64,000 bases of DNA, taken from positions 10,354,001 to 10,418,000 of the forward strand of contig NC_092390.1 in the NCBI RefSeq assembly GCF_030028105.1, read 5' to 3'. The stretch comes from Mobula birostris (Eukaryota). Positions 13,016 through 25,850 of this stretch are shown here, piece after piece. Numbering within the stretch: the stretch's first letter is position 1; the number at the start of each line of letters is the position of its first letter. The notes beneath the pieces are model-generated. The model did no database searches and was not told the origin of the DNA. It saw only the letters and a list, made by a program, of their open reading frames with translations. The translations under genes and the position numbers were made by a program.

Positions 13016-14184
13016 CCTCTTACAAAGATACAAAGATTTGATCGCCATTACGGGCCATTTTAACTTCCATTTACTGATGTACATGGAAACAAAATACCGT
13101 TTTAACAAAATAAAGGATGTTGTGGTTAATAATGCGATCGAACATCTAGTCTGTTTAAAATGGAGCAGATTACTTGGAAACATGTGACTCAACCTAAAGA
13201 GACCAGCGACTAGAAGAAGTCTCAGTATTACCGTCCCAGTCACGGCTATGGATAGACAGTAGTTGCAACCTTAAATCAACGTATCAAACACCACAAAGTT
13301 CCACAGTTCGCAGAGAATTCAGAATCACTAAAATTCTACCCTTAACTTAGAAGGAAAATATATCCTTGCCACTTGCAAAAACCAGTTCTCCATTATCTGC
13401 TCACGCAGTCCCTCTCTGAGAAGGGTATGTGTACAGTCGTATAATGCGGGCTCTCTGTACAAATAAAAAACTTTTGTTTACTACTTCTAACGAAATCTTC
13501 GAAGATCTCCAGGCAAACAAATACAAATTCGAAACAGACTAATAAGTAACATACAAATTTACAACAAATAATTAGAATACCCAGGTACTTAGCTTTTACG
13601 TACTTGCACGGGTGATGTGTTTAGACTTTACTGTAACCTCGGGTAGGCTAGAGGCACATCACCTCACAGACTAGCTATCCGGTTTCCCTCAGTATCCTCA
13701 TGTCCCATCTCGCGTCTACGGCGACAACAATTTCAACTACCTTTAATGTTCATAACACGCGGACTCCGACTCCACGACCCCGCGTATCCGTGCATGAAAG
13801 GTGAAACAACTCGCCAGGATTTCTAACTCTTCGATTTTTAACAGTTGTTTACACGAACAAAAGAATGCTCCGCTCAGCGAGCTCACCGGATATAACCCTA
13901 CCATGCCCGTGTAATCTTTCCATTCAAACGGAAAGGTAAAGCTCGAAGTCCCCGACCGAAATATATATGATGGTTATTTCGAAATTATTAATTATCTATA
14001 GTTTTTTGAAGCTTAGCAGTTATCCACTGAGTGTAGAGTTCTCGGGGCTTTAGCTGGATAAATCGTTTTATAAATGCTTTCAGCTAGATTATTTTACGCA
14101 AGTAACCGGTTGTAATTTTGAGACAGTGCAGCAAAGCAACGTGAGACATAAATACGCCTGGTCCTGAAAACTAGAAATCGATAA

Positions 14185-14493
14185 AGATTTGAATTAAATT
14201 ATTATCACTAATGTAACGTGATTTATTTTGGGCAGCACTACAGTGCAAAGACATAAAATTACTATTGATTACAAAATAAATAAATAGTGCGTAAAAAGGT
14301 TTATTTTCTCGGCCCGAAACGTCGACTGTTTGTTGCTTTCCATTGAAACTGCCTGATCTGCTGAGATCCTCCAGCATTTTGTGTGTGTTACCAAATGTTT
14401 GCAGACCGTCCAGACATTTTTTTTTAAACAGGGGAAGGAGCTGTTTCTGAATTGTTGAATGTGTCTCTTCAGGCTCCTGTACCTCTTCCTCAC
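14185..14493 (-). mobile_element. Rex-like LINE 3' remnant containing a Penelope-terminus fragment (14308-14390)
   Basis: RKRYRSLKRHIQQFRNSSFP; internal ctcggcccgaaacgtcgactgt...ccagcattttgtgtgtg. Confidence 0.7.
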
Positions 14494-14929
14494 TGGAAGA
14501 GGCTCCCTTTTATAACCTTTAAAGCACCGTAACCGCTCAGACCATCACAGTCTGAGCTAACATCTTTTGCCGAGAAGAGCGCAGATTACACGAAGCCAAC
14601 AACCACGGTTTGGAACAATTTTAGGCAATGAGAATGGAAAATGCTGGAAACACTCAGCGGGCCAGGCAGCATCTGTGCAGAGAGAAACAAAACTGTTAAC
14701 CTTACGTCGGAAATTAAGGGTTTGTGGGGTTAATGGCACGCTGTGTACTTCTGCTGAATCTTAAATTTCCTCCTCATGCTTGAGTTGGCGCTGCTCCGAT
14801 AATGTTGAGAGGGCTGTCGGGAAAAAGAAAAGGAGCAAGAGAAACATTAACATAACTAAAGACTGGAAATAGGTAAGTTAAGAGTGCACTAAATTAAACT
14901 TGACGGGAGACTTGTATGTGTTCAGGGCA

Positions 14930-16215
14930 AAGAAGCTGCAGGCAAAATCATTGCAGACACTACCTACCCAGCAAACAGCCTTTTCCAAAAGCTCCCTTCT
15001 GGAAAGCACTGCAGGACTATTCAAACAAAAACCACGTCATCTTAAAGTTTCTTCTCCCAGGCAGTTAATCTGATCAACCATTCTAGTTAGCCCCCCTGCC
15101 CCCTCTACCTCCTACATTTGTCATTGCACTGTAAACACTCTAAACCACCTTTTATAATGCTGTTTACACCGATAATACACGTGGGTATTTATGTATTTAT
15201 GCACATTTTATTCATATCTATACTTCTAATTATATTTTATACTATTCTTTATTTGGAATAACTATTGAATGTCTTTTTAGTGCATGTGGCGCTAACACAC
15301 CATGGCAATTTCCTAATAGATGTAAATATGTATGGTGAATAAAGGTCAAAGTTCAAAGCTCATAGTAAATTTATTATCAAGTACATATATATCTCACCAT
15401 ATACTACTCAGGATTCATTTTCTTGTGATCACACTCAATAAATTCAATAATCATAACAGAGTCAATGAAAAATCGCACCAACAGAGTGGACAACCGGCAT
15501 GCAAAAACCATCATCAGAGACCCCCACCACCCAGGTCGTGCTCTCTTCTCACTGCTGCCATCAGAAAGAAAGTACAGAAGCCTCAGGACTCACACCACCA
15601 CCTTCAGGAATATTTATTACCCTCAACTATCAAACTCCTGAACCAGAGGGTATACTGTAACTTTACTCAACTTGACTTGCCCATCACAGAACTGTTCCCA
15701 TAACCTAGGGATGCACTTCCAAGGGTTCTTCACTTCATCTTCTTGATATTTATTGCTTACTTCTTTATTATTAATATTATCATTTCTCTCTTTTTGCATT
15801 TGCACATTTTGATGTTTTTTGCATGCTGTGACAATATTCCACATAGATGTGTTCAATGGCGGGGAGGGCTTTACCTGTGATGGACTACGCCACATCCACT
15901 ACTTTTTGGCAGTGGTTCCATACCAATCTGAGATACAGCCAGTCAATATACTCTCCATCACACATCTATAGAAGTTAGTCAAAGTTTAAGATGCCATGCC
16001 GAATCTTTGCAAACTCCTAAGGAAGTACAGGTACTACTATACTTTCTTCATGCTGGGCCCAGGACAGAGCTTCTGAAATGATGATACCAAAGTTACTAAC
16101 TCTCTCCACCTCTGATCCCCCAATGATAGACCTCAAGCTTCTTCCTCCCGAAGTGAGTTTGTTGCTTTGGCATCACTCAGCAAGACTTTCAATCTCCCTC
16201 CTATATGCTGATTAA
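14930..16215. mobile_element. Cluster of degraded Rex1/Babar-like LINE fragments in both orientations
   Basis: Rex-type 3' motifs (HPANSLFQKLPSG-like, ttcaggaa...ccctcaactatca) and a minus-strand RT remnant at about 15840-16210. Confidence 0.65.
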
Positions 16216-16239
16216 AGGTGGAGAAGAGAGTTGATCCTT

Positions 16240-16410
16240 GAAGAGACTGCAAATGCTGAAAATGGAGCAACAAGCAATGTGCTGGACAAACTCAGTAGGT
16301 CAGGCAGCATCTGTGGAGGGAAAGGGACAGTTGGCTGTTTCCTAACTGACTGAGGTCCTCCAGTGTTTTGTGTGTGCAATGCTTCGGACTTCCAGCATCT
16401 TCAGAATTGC
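16240..16410. mobile_element. Older fold-back Penelope-terminus mini-element
   Basis: gactgcaaatgctg...ctcagtaggtcaggcagcatc...gaggtcctccagtgttttgtgtgtg. Confidence 0.65.
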
Positions 16411-16469
16411 TTGTGCTCATGTTCACTTTTCTTTGGAAATGAAATTATGACATTGACCAGAGCTCAATT

Positions 16470-16643
16470 NNNNNNNNNNNNNNNNNNNNNNNNNNNNNNN
16501 NNNNNNNNNNNNNNNNNNNNNNNNNNNNNNNNNNNNNNNNNNNNNNNNNNNNNNNNNNNNNNNNNNNNNNNNNNNNNNNNNNNNNNNNNNNNNNNNNNNN
16601 NNNNNNNNNNNNNNNNNNNNNNNNNNNNNNNNNNNNNNNNNNN
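16470..16643. other. Assembly gap
   Basis: Run of N. Confidence 1.
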
Positions 16644-16889
16644 ATAGAGTATTTGTCCTATATAGCCAAGAGCCAGAATTTGGGATTTTTTTTTCAAATG
16701 TGTGAAGATCAGATGAGATTCCATTGCCTGAGAGTTCGAAGTAAAATGTTAAGAAGCACATGGCATGTTGTAGACAGCCCTGTGATGAGACTGAAAGAGC
16801 TCAGTTAAATCCCCAGACATACATCAAAGGGGCAGCATTCTCACTAAAATACTCAATAGACATTGGAAGATCAGATGCATGGTTTAAAT

Positions 16890-17910
16890 TAGATTAGATT
16901 AGATTCAACTTCATTGTCATTGTGCCGAGTACAGATACAAAGCCAATGAAATGCAATTAGCATCTGACCAGAAATGCAGAGAATAGTGTTATTTACAAAA
17001 CAACTGCAATAAAAAGTAAGTGCTACAGCACACAAATATGAGACAGTACAATATGGGTGCAATACTGCTTAGCGCTGTGATGTGAGGTTCAGCAGGGTCA
17101 CAACCTCAGGGAAGAAGCTCTTCCTGTGCCTGCTGGTGCAGGAGCAGAGGCTCCTGTGGCGCCTACTGGATGGGAGGAGAGTAAAAAGTCCATGGTTAGG
17201 GTGAGATGCATCCTTGATAATGTTTTTCACCCTGCCCAGACAGCATTTATGGTAGATGTTCTCAATGGTGGGCAATTGGGTGCCGATAATCTGCTGGGCA
17301 GTTTTCACCACACGCTGGAGTGCTTTGTGGTCCGGTACTGCCATACCACACTGAGATGCAGTTGGTGAGTATGCTCTCAATGGTACAGCGGTAAAAGTCT
17401 GTCAGTATCCTGGGACAGAGGTGAGCTTTCTTGATGCTCCGCAGGAAATAAAGGCGCTGTTGCACCTTTTTGATCAGGATGGAGAAGTGCAGAGACCAGG
17501 TGATATCCTCAGAAATGTGGACACCAAGGAATTTGAAGCTTGATACATGCTCCACTACAGCTCCGTTGATGTAGATGTAAGCGTGGCTCCTAGCATGCCT
17601 GAAGTCCACAATGATCTCCTTGGTCTTCTGGGTGCTAAGGGCCAGATTGTTGTCGGCACACCACACGGCCAGGTGCTGGACCTCGTCCCTGTAGGCCATC
17701 TCGTCATCCCCTCTGATCAGGCCAACCACCGTGGTGTCATCTGTGAACTTGATTATGGAGTTAGAACCATGTACGGGAATACAGTCATAGGTGAAAAGGG
17801 AGTACAGAAGAGGGCTCAGCACACAGTCTTGAGGCACGCCGGTGTTCAGGGTGAGAGTAGAGGTTGTCTAACTTAACTGATTGGGGTCTGTTAGTCAGAA
17901 AGTCCAAGGC
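16890..17910 (-). mobile_element. Rex1/Babar LINE RT fragment with 3' UTR, frameshifted
   Basis: [18 protein letters not shown]...KFTDDTTVVGLI (RT motifs)...FKFLGVHI...QRLYFLR; (tctaa)n tail at about 16890-16903. Confidence 0.92.
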
Positions 17911-18999
17911 AAATAGGTTAATAGCTGCACAATTCCTTAAACATGCTGAAAATATTAATGTAAAAGAGAGAATGGCTCAATAATAATAATGTGTTTAACT
18001 GATTCCACCCAGTTATAAAGTCATGTAACCTTCACATCCCCTTCAAAGCAAGATAGAGAAGATGAGGAAATGATTTTCTCCATGGAAGGGTGAACACTCA
18101 TAGGAGATAAAGGCATCTATAAAGTGAAACAAATAAATACTTATAAAGGTAAAGTTCTGAATACTGAAAAGCACCAAGAAGTGGGACTGAGGATTCTTTT
18201 AGTGGGCTTCCCCAAGCCCACTGGGCAGAATGGCCTCTGATGCATTATGGATTGCTGCAGTTCTATAGGAATGTTGCTGTAACCGTAAGATTAACCAGTC
18301 ACTTCCCACCTAAAATCACACATGAACCTATTAAGGATTCGTTTGAACTTCCTGACCTAAAATCTTTGGAAATTTTGCAGTACATTGTTATCAAAATGCA
18401 ATCCACATCATGGTTGCCAAGACTGACTATATGTACTGGGTTCATATAATGGTATATGGCAAGTACAGACCCTTTATATCTTGTAGTTAGGTTTTTGAGT
18501 CCAAGTCTACAACTCTGTTGAATATATTTTACAGCACATCGTTCAGATACTAAAGTTTATTTGTTTAGCCTTTTTCAAAGTCAAAGTCGAGTTTATTGTC
18601 ATACATGTAATGGCAGTATCACAAGAACATAATGTTATACAAGAGACACTCAAGGGAAAAAAATCAAACACTAAACTTAATTTAAACACAATGTTTACAA
18701 GAAAGAGCACAATTAGTGATCAAAGTGGTCACAATGTTGCTAAACTGTAGTGATTACAGTTGTGCAGTTTGGTTCAAGAAGTGAACAACTGAAGGCAAGC
18801 AGTTGTTCTTGAACCTGGTGGTGTGGGGCTTCACGTGCCGGTAGCTGTGAGAAGATGGCACTGCCCAGGTGATGGAAAATCTCTGATTTTGAGACAATGC
18901 CTTCTTTAGATATTACTGCTGCTGGGGAGAGATGTGATGGTGATGTCTTGGTAAAGCTCACATGCAGCTTCCTATGTTGCTGTGCATGTATTATTATTA

Positions 19000-20480
19000 T
19001 AACACAGAAGATCCTGAGATGCTGGAAACCCAGAGCAACGCACACAAAATGCAGGAGTAACTTAGCAGATCAGGCAGCTTCTGAAGTGAACAAGCAGTCG
19101 ACGTTTCGCACCAGAACTGGAAAGGAAGGGGGAAGATGCAGAATAAAAAGTGGGGGAAGGGGAAGAGGACAGGAGGGTGGGAAAGATAGAGGGCTGGAGA
19201 GGAGAGTGGACCATAAGAGAAAGGGAAGTAGAAGATGTATCCAGGGGGAGGTAACAGGCAGGTGAGAAGAGGTAAGAGGCCAGAGTGGGTAATAGAAGAA
19301 GAGGGGAGGAGGAGGAATAGTGCTTTCACAGGAGGGAGAAATCGAGTTCACGCCATCAGGTTGGAGGCTACCCAGATGGAATATGAGGTGTTGCTCCTCC
19401 ACCATTGTGCCAAGAGGAGGCCATCGCCCAACATGTCAGAAGGGGAATAGGAATGGGAATTGGAATCAAAATGTTTGGCCACCGGTAAGTTCTGCCTTTG
19501 ACGAATTGACGAAGCGATCTCTCATGGGTCTCACCAATGCTCCAGTGCTGAGGAGGCTGCATTGGGTGCACCAGACACAACAGGCAACCTCAGCGGATTT
19601 ACGGGTGAAGTGCTGGAAGGACTGTTCGGGGCATGAATGGAGATGACGGAGAAGGTGAATGGGCAGATGTAGCACTTTGGCCACTTTCAGGGATAAGTGC
19701 CGGGAGGGAGATTAGTGGAGAGAGACGAATAGACAAGGGAATCACGGAGGAAGCAATCCCTGCGCACAGTAAAGAGAGGGGGTGATCCCTGCGAGATAAA
19801 GATGTGTTTGGTGGTAGGATACACTTGCAGATGGCAGAAGTTGCAGAGGATGATGTGTTGGATGAGGTGACTGATGGGGTGGCAGCTAAGGACAAGAAGA
19901 ACTCCAGCACTGTTAAAGTGTCGGGAAGATGGGGTGAGCACAGATGTTCAGAAGATGGAGGAGATATGGGTGAGGGCAGTACCTATGGCGGAGGATGGGA
20001 AACTGTGTTCTTTGAAGAAGGAGGACATCTCTAATGTCTTGGAAAGGAAAGCTGCCTCATGGGAACAGATATGGCGGCGACGAAGAAACTGAGAGACGGG
20101 AATAGCCTTTTCACAGGAGACAGGTTAGGAAGAGGTATAGTCAATGTAACTGTGGGAACTGGTAGGTTTATAAAAGATGTCGGTTGACAGTTTGTCTCCA
20201 GAGATGGAGACAGTGAGATTGAGAAAGGGGAGGGAGCTGTCAGAAATGGACCAAGTGAATATAAGCAACACACACAAAATGCTGGAGGAACTCAGCAGGC
20301 CAGGCAGCATCTATGGAGAAGAGTAAACAGTTGACATTTTGGCCTGAGACTCTTTATCAGGACTGTGTTGCTTTGATTTCCAGCATCAGTGGATTTTCTG
20401 TTTCAAGTGAATTTAAGGGCAGGGTGAAGTTAGAGGCAAAGTTGATTAAATTGATGAGTTCAGCATGGGTACATGAAGCA
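19000..20480 (-). mobile_element. Penelope-like retroelement, degraded 3' half (RT C-terminus, GIY-YIG, terminus)
   Basis: SLPFLNLTVSISGDKLSTDIFYKPTSSHSYIDYTSS (PLE RT thumb); VEEQHLIFHLGSLQPDGVN (GIY-YIG end); pyrimidine-rich 3' UTR. Confidence 0.88.
20266..20403. mobile_element. Mini-element inserted into the Penelope copy, with target-site-like duplication
   Basis: caagtgaatataag (20252-20265) / caagtgaatttaag (20404-20417); degenerate hammerhead core on the minus strand (gtcCTGATAAagagtctcaggccaaaatgtc). Confidence 0.8.
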
Positions 20481-20917
20481 GAGTTATCTTGAATTTTGTA
20501 CGTTCCGCCATTGATTGGACAAACTGGAAGTCACCACTTACCTCACGGTCCCTGGGATGTGGATACATTAGGACTTGTTCACTGGTCTCAGCTTCTGATG
20601 GCCACTGAACAAGGCAGCATGAAATTCACTGTGCAAGGAAATAGAGTCGGGGAGAAAAATCTTTCCAATTCATTAATAGCACATCCAGTCATTTACCCCC
20701 CAGGTTAAGTAGCAAAGGATGGTGAGGAGAAAGGCCAGCAATATCATGAAGGGTTCCACCCACCCAGCTCATGGACTGTTTGTCCCACTCTCATCAGAGA
20801 AGAGGCTATGTAGCATCCACATCAGGACCAGACTCAAAATCAGTTATGCCCCCCAAGCCATTAGGCTAATCAACAACTCCACACATTAACCCACCTCACC
20901 AGCACTGTATACACATC

Positions 20918-20983
20918 CAGAAGTTCCCAACCTGGTGTCCATGGACCCCTCAGTTAATGGTAGGGGTCCATGGCATAAAAAGC
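20918..20983. mobile_element. hAT (Charlie-like) MITE remnant
   Basis: cagaagttcccaacctg TIR-like start; internal inverted repeat ccatggacccct...aggggtccatgg. Confidence 0.55.
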
Positions 20984-21025
20984 TCCTGAGTAAAGAAGTC
21001 ACTTTGTCAACACACAATCAATCTA

Positions 21026-21648
21026 TCAGGGGTGATTAATAAGTTCGTGGCCTAAGGTAGAAGGAGTCAATTTTAGAAAACCTAGCACATTTATTTTTTC
21101 TACATTTACACACTTAGTCCAGCGGTCGTGGAGTATACGGATCCCTTCTTTGTAGAAGTCGGCATCTTGGACCTCCAGAAAGTGGTCTACAGCAGGGGTG
21201 ATTGATAAGTTCGTGGCCTAAGGTAGAAAGAGATGAGTTATTAACTTCAAACTTTCTGCATTTTCACCCAAAGAGTTGAACTGCATGTGCATGTAACAAG
21301 AGCTGTATAACTCATCTCCTTCTACTTAGGCCACAAACTTATCAATCACCCGTGCTGTGGACCACCTGGAGGTCCAAGACGCTCTTGTTACATGCACGTG
21401 CAGTTCAACCCTTTGAGTGATAATGCAGAAAGATTGAAGTTAATAACTCATCTCCTTCTACCATAGGCCACAAACCCATCAATCACCCCTGCTCTGGACC
21501 ACTTCTACAAAGAAGGGATCCGTATACTCCACAACTGCTGGACTAAGTGTGTAAATGTAGGAGGGTACTATGTTGAAAAATAAATGTGCTAGGTTTTCTA
21601 AAATTGACTCCTTCTACCTTAGGCTACAAATTTATCAATCACCCCTCG
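21026..21648. mobile_element. Palindromic mariner-derived MITE with multiple internal TIR copies
   Basis: TA-flanked TIR aggggtgatt(g/a)ataagttcgtggcctaaggtagaa; the right arm encodes FYKEGIRILHNCWTKCVNVGGYYVEK* (21503-21583), the mariner transposase C-terminus. Confidence 0.9.
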
Positions 21649-21754
21649 TATGTATATAACAGTTACTTGTACATTGTGTTTTATGGGATTGCTTATATAT
21701 ATAGATTGTACATACATACACACATTGTGCATATTGTGTGAGCACAGGTTGGCA

Positions 21755-22150
21755 GGGTGGAAGTATTTCTCTCCCAAAGGAAGTGTAAGGCACTCCTTCT
21801 TTCCACTAACATGCAGACTGCAGATGACCCTTGGGCAAAGTGTAACACCCACTAGGCATTCCTCCCCACCCCCCCCCCCGTCCCCAGCGGAGTCACGTGA
21901 AGCCACAGGAGCAGCTGGTGGATGGTCAGAGGAGCAGCTGGTGCATCTCACAAGTCCTAGTTATGTGACCACTGACAGCAGGCAGATAATCGCTGAAGAG
22001 TATTGATTATGGCTGGGGTCACTCATCTTTTAAAGACAATGCCCAGAAGAAGGCAATGCAAACCACTTCTGTAGAAAAACTTGCCAAGAACAATCGTGGT
22101 CATGGAAAGACCATGATCACCTACGTCATACAACACGGCACATAACGAAT
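21755..22150 (+). mobile_element. RTE-clade-related SINE/non-autonomous element (second copy at about 35250-35510, minus strand)
   Basis: gaagaaggcaatgcaaaccacttctgtagaaaaacttgcc resembles the RTE/Bov-A type motif; homologous copy at 35250-35510. Confidence 0.6.
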
Positions 22151-23009
22151 GGACTATATATAGAATGCTAACAGTCATTTTGTTCTCCTGAACAATTGTG
22201 TACTGAAGAATGATAACAAACTAACTGGAATCTTCAATCTTGAAGGATAAAGCATTGAGCTGAAGCCATAACTTGAAATCATTCTGCAAACCTCTCTCAC
22301 CGAATGCAAGAAGTGTCTACATGCCTTTGGGATTTATAGCTCCTTGTTATTGATATTGGTTCATTTCATGAAATTACGTTCCTCCCTGTGCTTCAAACTG
22401 GCTGCAAGCTACCACGATGCCCCAAGGCTACTCTGTGCTAACTTTTTAGAGAACTTCTTGGAGAACTACTGTATAATGTCTCTACTTGTAGGTAACTAAA
22501 CCACATTACTGAATTCTCACCTTGGAACAACACAGCCTTTAAACAGAATTTCAACTATTCTGAAAAATAAATGGAACAATGCAGAGTCAATAGAAGGAAA
22601 GTGATTAATTTTGTAAAATATTAAATGCATTTTCATCAAAGTGTATTTCAGATTATTATCAGAGTTTGAATCAGTGGATAAACTAATTAAACAAAGACCT
22701 CAAAATCAAATTTATTTTATTGAATTAACCATTTAGGTTTCAACAGTGGACTCATTGGGAAATTAAAACCTCTGGCTTTATTTTTCAGTTGGAATTTTCA
22801 ATGAATCCAGACAATTGTAAAGCTGAATGTTAATTATTTACACACACAAAAGTACTGGAGGAACTCAGCAAGTCAGGCAGCATCTATGTAGAGGAATAGA
22901 ACTTCCCATTCTTAAACATGGATATTCTGCAAATGCAGATATTCAGAGTAACACAGATGTTGCCACAGGACTACTAGCTCCCTCAATGTGGCCCATAATG
23001 GTTCTGTAA

Positions 23010-23745
23010 AACACCCTTAATGGTATAAACATTTCATGGTTCCTGAACTAGTGTCTTTAGCCAAGTTGTTCAAGTATCTATTTGACAATGTGGAAAATAT
23101 TCCAAGATTTTTCTGACCACCAAAAGCAGGAAACTTCAAAGCTGAATAATTCCCATCCAATCAGTCTCCTGTCAATCATCAGCAAATTGAAGGTGGTATT
23201 GAACATGCTATTATGTGGCATAAACTTATGGATAAACTACTTAATGATAATAGTTGGATTTTACAAGACCATTCAACTCCAGACTTCATTTTACCTTCAC
23301 AGATCAAAGAGCTGAATTCCATAGGTGATGTAAGAGTGACTACCCTTGACATCAGTGCAGCACTTGACTGATCTTGCATCAAAGCATCACCTTGGTCAAA
23401 CTGATGGCAATAGGCATCAAGCGGAAAATACTCCAATGGCTGAAGCCATACATCGCTCAAAGGAAGATGGATGGTTGCAGCCGATGGAGGTCAATACCCC
23501 AATCTCCAGGACATTACTGCAGGAGCTCCCAGGACAGTGATCTAAGCCCAACCGTTTCACCTGTAAGGTCAGAAGTGGAGATGTTCAATGACGATCACTT
23601 ACTCCCATTCGAAAGGTGTAGTTGTAGCTCATATGCAGTAGCAGCTAGACAATGTTCAGACATGGGCAGACATGACAAGTAACAGGCATGTAATGAAAGA
23701 CTCAGGCAACGCCAACTCCAACAAGAGAAAATTTCACCATCTATT
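23010..23745 (+). mobile_element. Ancient CR1/L2-like LINE RT remnant
   Basis: NSHPISLLSIISK (NYRPISLL), LDISAALD-like, LVKLMAIGIKRKILQWLKPY, SSQDSDLSP motifs across frames. Confidence 0.7.
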
Positions 23746-23967
23746 GGTATTGGAATTGATTTATTATTGTCACATGTACTGAGATACAGTGAAACGCTTG
23801 TCTTGCATAATGTTCATACAAATCAAATAGTTACACAGAGCATTGAGCTAGGATAAGGTAAAACAATAACGACACAGAATAAAATGTAAAAGCCACAGAG
23901 AAAGGAGTTGGAGTGAACTCCTCTGTCTCAAAGAGGAATGGAAGCAGATATACACCTAATCAAGAAC

Positions 23968-24305
23968 AGAATCAGGTTTATTATCACTGACATATATCAG
24001 GAATTTTGTTGTTTTTTTGGCAGCAGTGCAGTGCAATACATAATAATAAAAATTACTATTAGTCACAATAAGAACTACAAAAAATAAGTAAGTAGTGCAG
24101 AAAGAGAGAGAAAGAGTGAGGTAGTGTTCGTGTGTTCATGGACCATTCAGAAATCTGATGGTAGAGAGGAAGAAGCTGTTGCTAAGATGTTAAGTGATCA
24201 TCTTCAGGCCCCTGTATCTCTTCCTCAGTAGTAGTAAAGAGAAGAGGGCATGTCTTGGATGGTGAGGATCCTTAATGATGAATGCCGTCTTTTTGAGGCA
24301 TCCAA
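23968..24305 (-). mobile_element. Rex-like LINE 3' end (short, high-copy; also at about 29877-30220, 50310-50900, 57006-57290, 59963-60320)
   Basis: Shared tcagaatcaggtttattatcac...ccattcagaaatctgatgg...ttcaggctcctgtac. Confidence 0.8.
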
Positions 24306-24504
24306 TACTTCTGCAGTTTCACTCTCCCACTCGTTTTCTATATCTTTCTCCTACTCCTTTCCGAAAACAGAATTTGGTATTTACTTAATCTCCTCACAGC
24401 ATCATTATTTGTCCTCATTTTGCCATTGAAAATACCAACCCATCAACTTACTCCAATATAGGCTGGTATTAATTGGAAATCCGTTCAATTCTTATGTTGG
24501 CTCT

Positions 24505-24921
24505 GATCCTGTACCCACTTAAGTTTAGAATAATGTGGGGGGGGGGATCTTAATGACACCCTTCAAATACTGAAAGGCCTTTAGAGTGGATGTGGAGAGG
24601 ATAATTCCTATAGTGGGGGAGTCTAGGACCAGAGGACACTGCTTCAGAATAGAAGAATATCCCTTTAGAACAGAGTTGAGGCAGAATTTCTTTAGTCAGA
24701 GGTTACTGAATCTGTGGAATTCATTGCCACAGACGGCTGTGGAGGCCAAGTCATTAAAACAAGGATTGATAGGATCTTGGTTAGTAAAGTTGTCAAATGT
24801 TACAGGAAGAAGGCAAAAGAATCGGGTTGAGAGGGATAATAAATCAGCCATGATAAAGTGGCAGAGCAGACCCAATGGGCCAAATGGCCGAAGTCTGCTC
24901 CTCCATCTATTGGTCTTATGG
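24505..24921 (+). mobile_element. CR1 LINE 3' end
   Basis: ESRTRGHCFRI...FRTELRQNFFSQRLLNLWNSLPQ; tcttatgg tail. Confidence 0.88.
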
Positions 24922-25289
24922 TGTAAATTTTTTACAACATTTCAAATAAAATTGCTTTGCACACAATCTGTTCACTCTACTCATTGAACATGATGTGGTG
25001 GGAGGATTCTTGACGTCCTTCCAATCAGTTTACAAATAGTTGCAATACTCTGTCTCTAAGATGAGGCAGGCTGACAGCAAGCATGTCCATTCAGACTGTT
25101 GAAGTGCTTTCATATTACAGGCCAGTGATTACATTTTGTCAACTGCACCAACGCTGTGGAGTGCCGGGGGGGGGGGTCTATTAATCACTCTGCTACGAAG
25201 GAGATATAGTAGAAAGTACTCCACTGGGAGGTTAGTATGTCCAATATAACTGGCCTTTGCACTTTGCTGGACTTTGCAAAAGTGTTCTT

Positions 25290-25850
25290 TATCTTGTACA
25301 ATCAAGAAAGCTCACCAAGACCTCTGCCTTCTGAGGAGGCTGAAGAGAGCTGGCCTGTGCACATGATACGCATGGCCCTCTCCAGATGTGCAGTGGAGAG
25401 AATCGTAACATGTTGCATCACCGCGTGATTCAGAAAATGCAACGCCTCTACAACAGGTATGCTCCACAACGCATCATCTACACCAGCCTACCCGCGAGCA
25501 AGGACATACATATATAAAGAAATATGCCAGAAAAAGGCTAATAACAGCATGAAGGATCTCAGCCACCCTGCTCATGGATTGATTGTCTCTCTCCCATCAG
25601 GGAGGAGGCTACATAGCACCCATAGCAGGACCACATGACTCAAAAACTGCTACTTTCCCCAAGCAGCTAACCAACACCTCCTCCCACTAACCCACCCCTC
25701 CACACCCCCAACCACCACTACTTTACCATTTCCTGTCAGTCACCTTATGCACAAATGTACAGTAGTACCTTCTGCACAGATCCATAGTAACAATCATTTT
25801 GTTCTCCTTTACACTTGTATACTAGAAATGACATTAAACAGTAAAAAATC
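25290..25850 (+). mobile_element. Degraded Rex-like LINE 3' fragment
   Basis: gaaggatctcagccaccctgctcatgga...ccatcagggaggagg (KDxxHPAH..PSGRR); similar to 20720-20900. Confidence 0.65.

Noticed and set aside
14775-14795. CTCF boundary motif at the edge of the CpG-rich domain (gagttggcgctg)
   Set aside because: Only the 3' half matches the consensus; too weak to call.
16363-16761. ORFs spanning N runs (also 27808-28181)
   Set aside because: Artefacts of assembly gaps.
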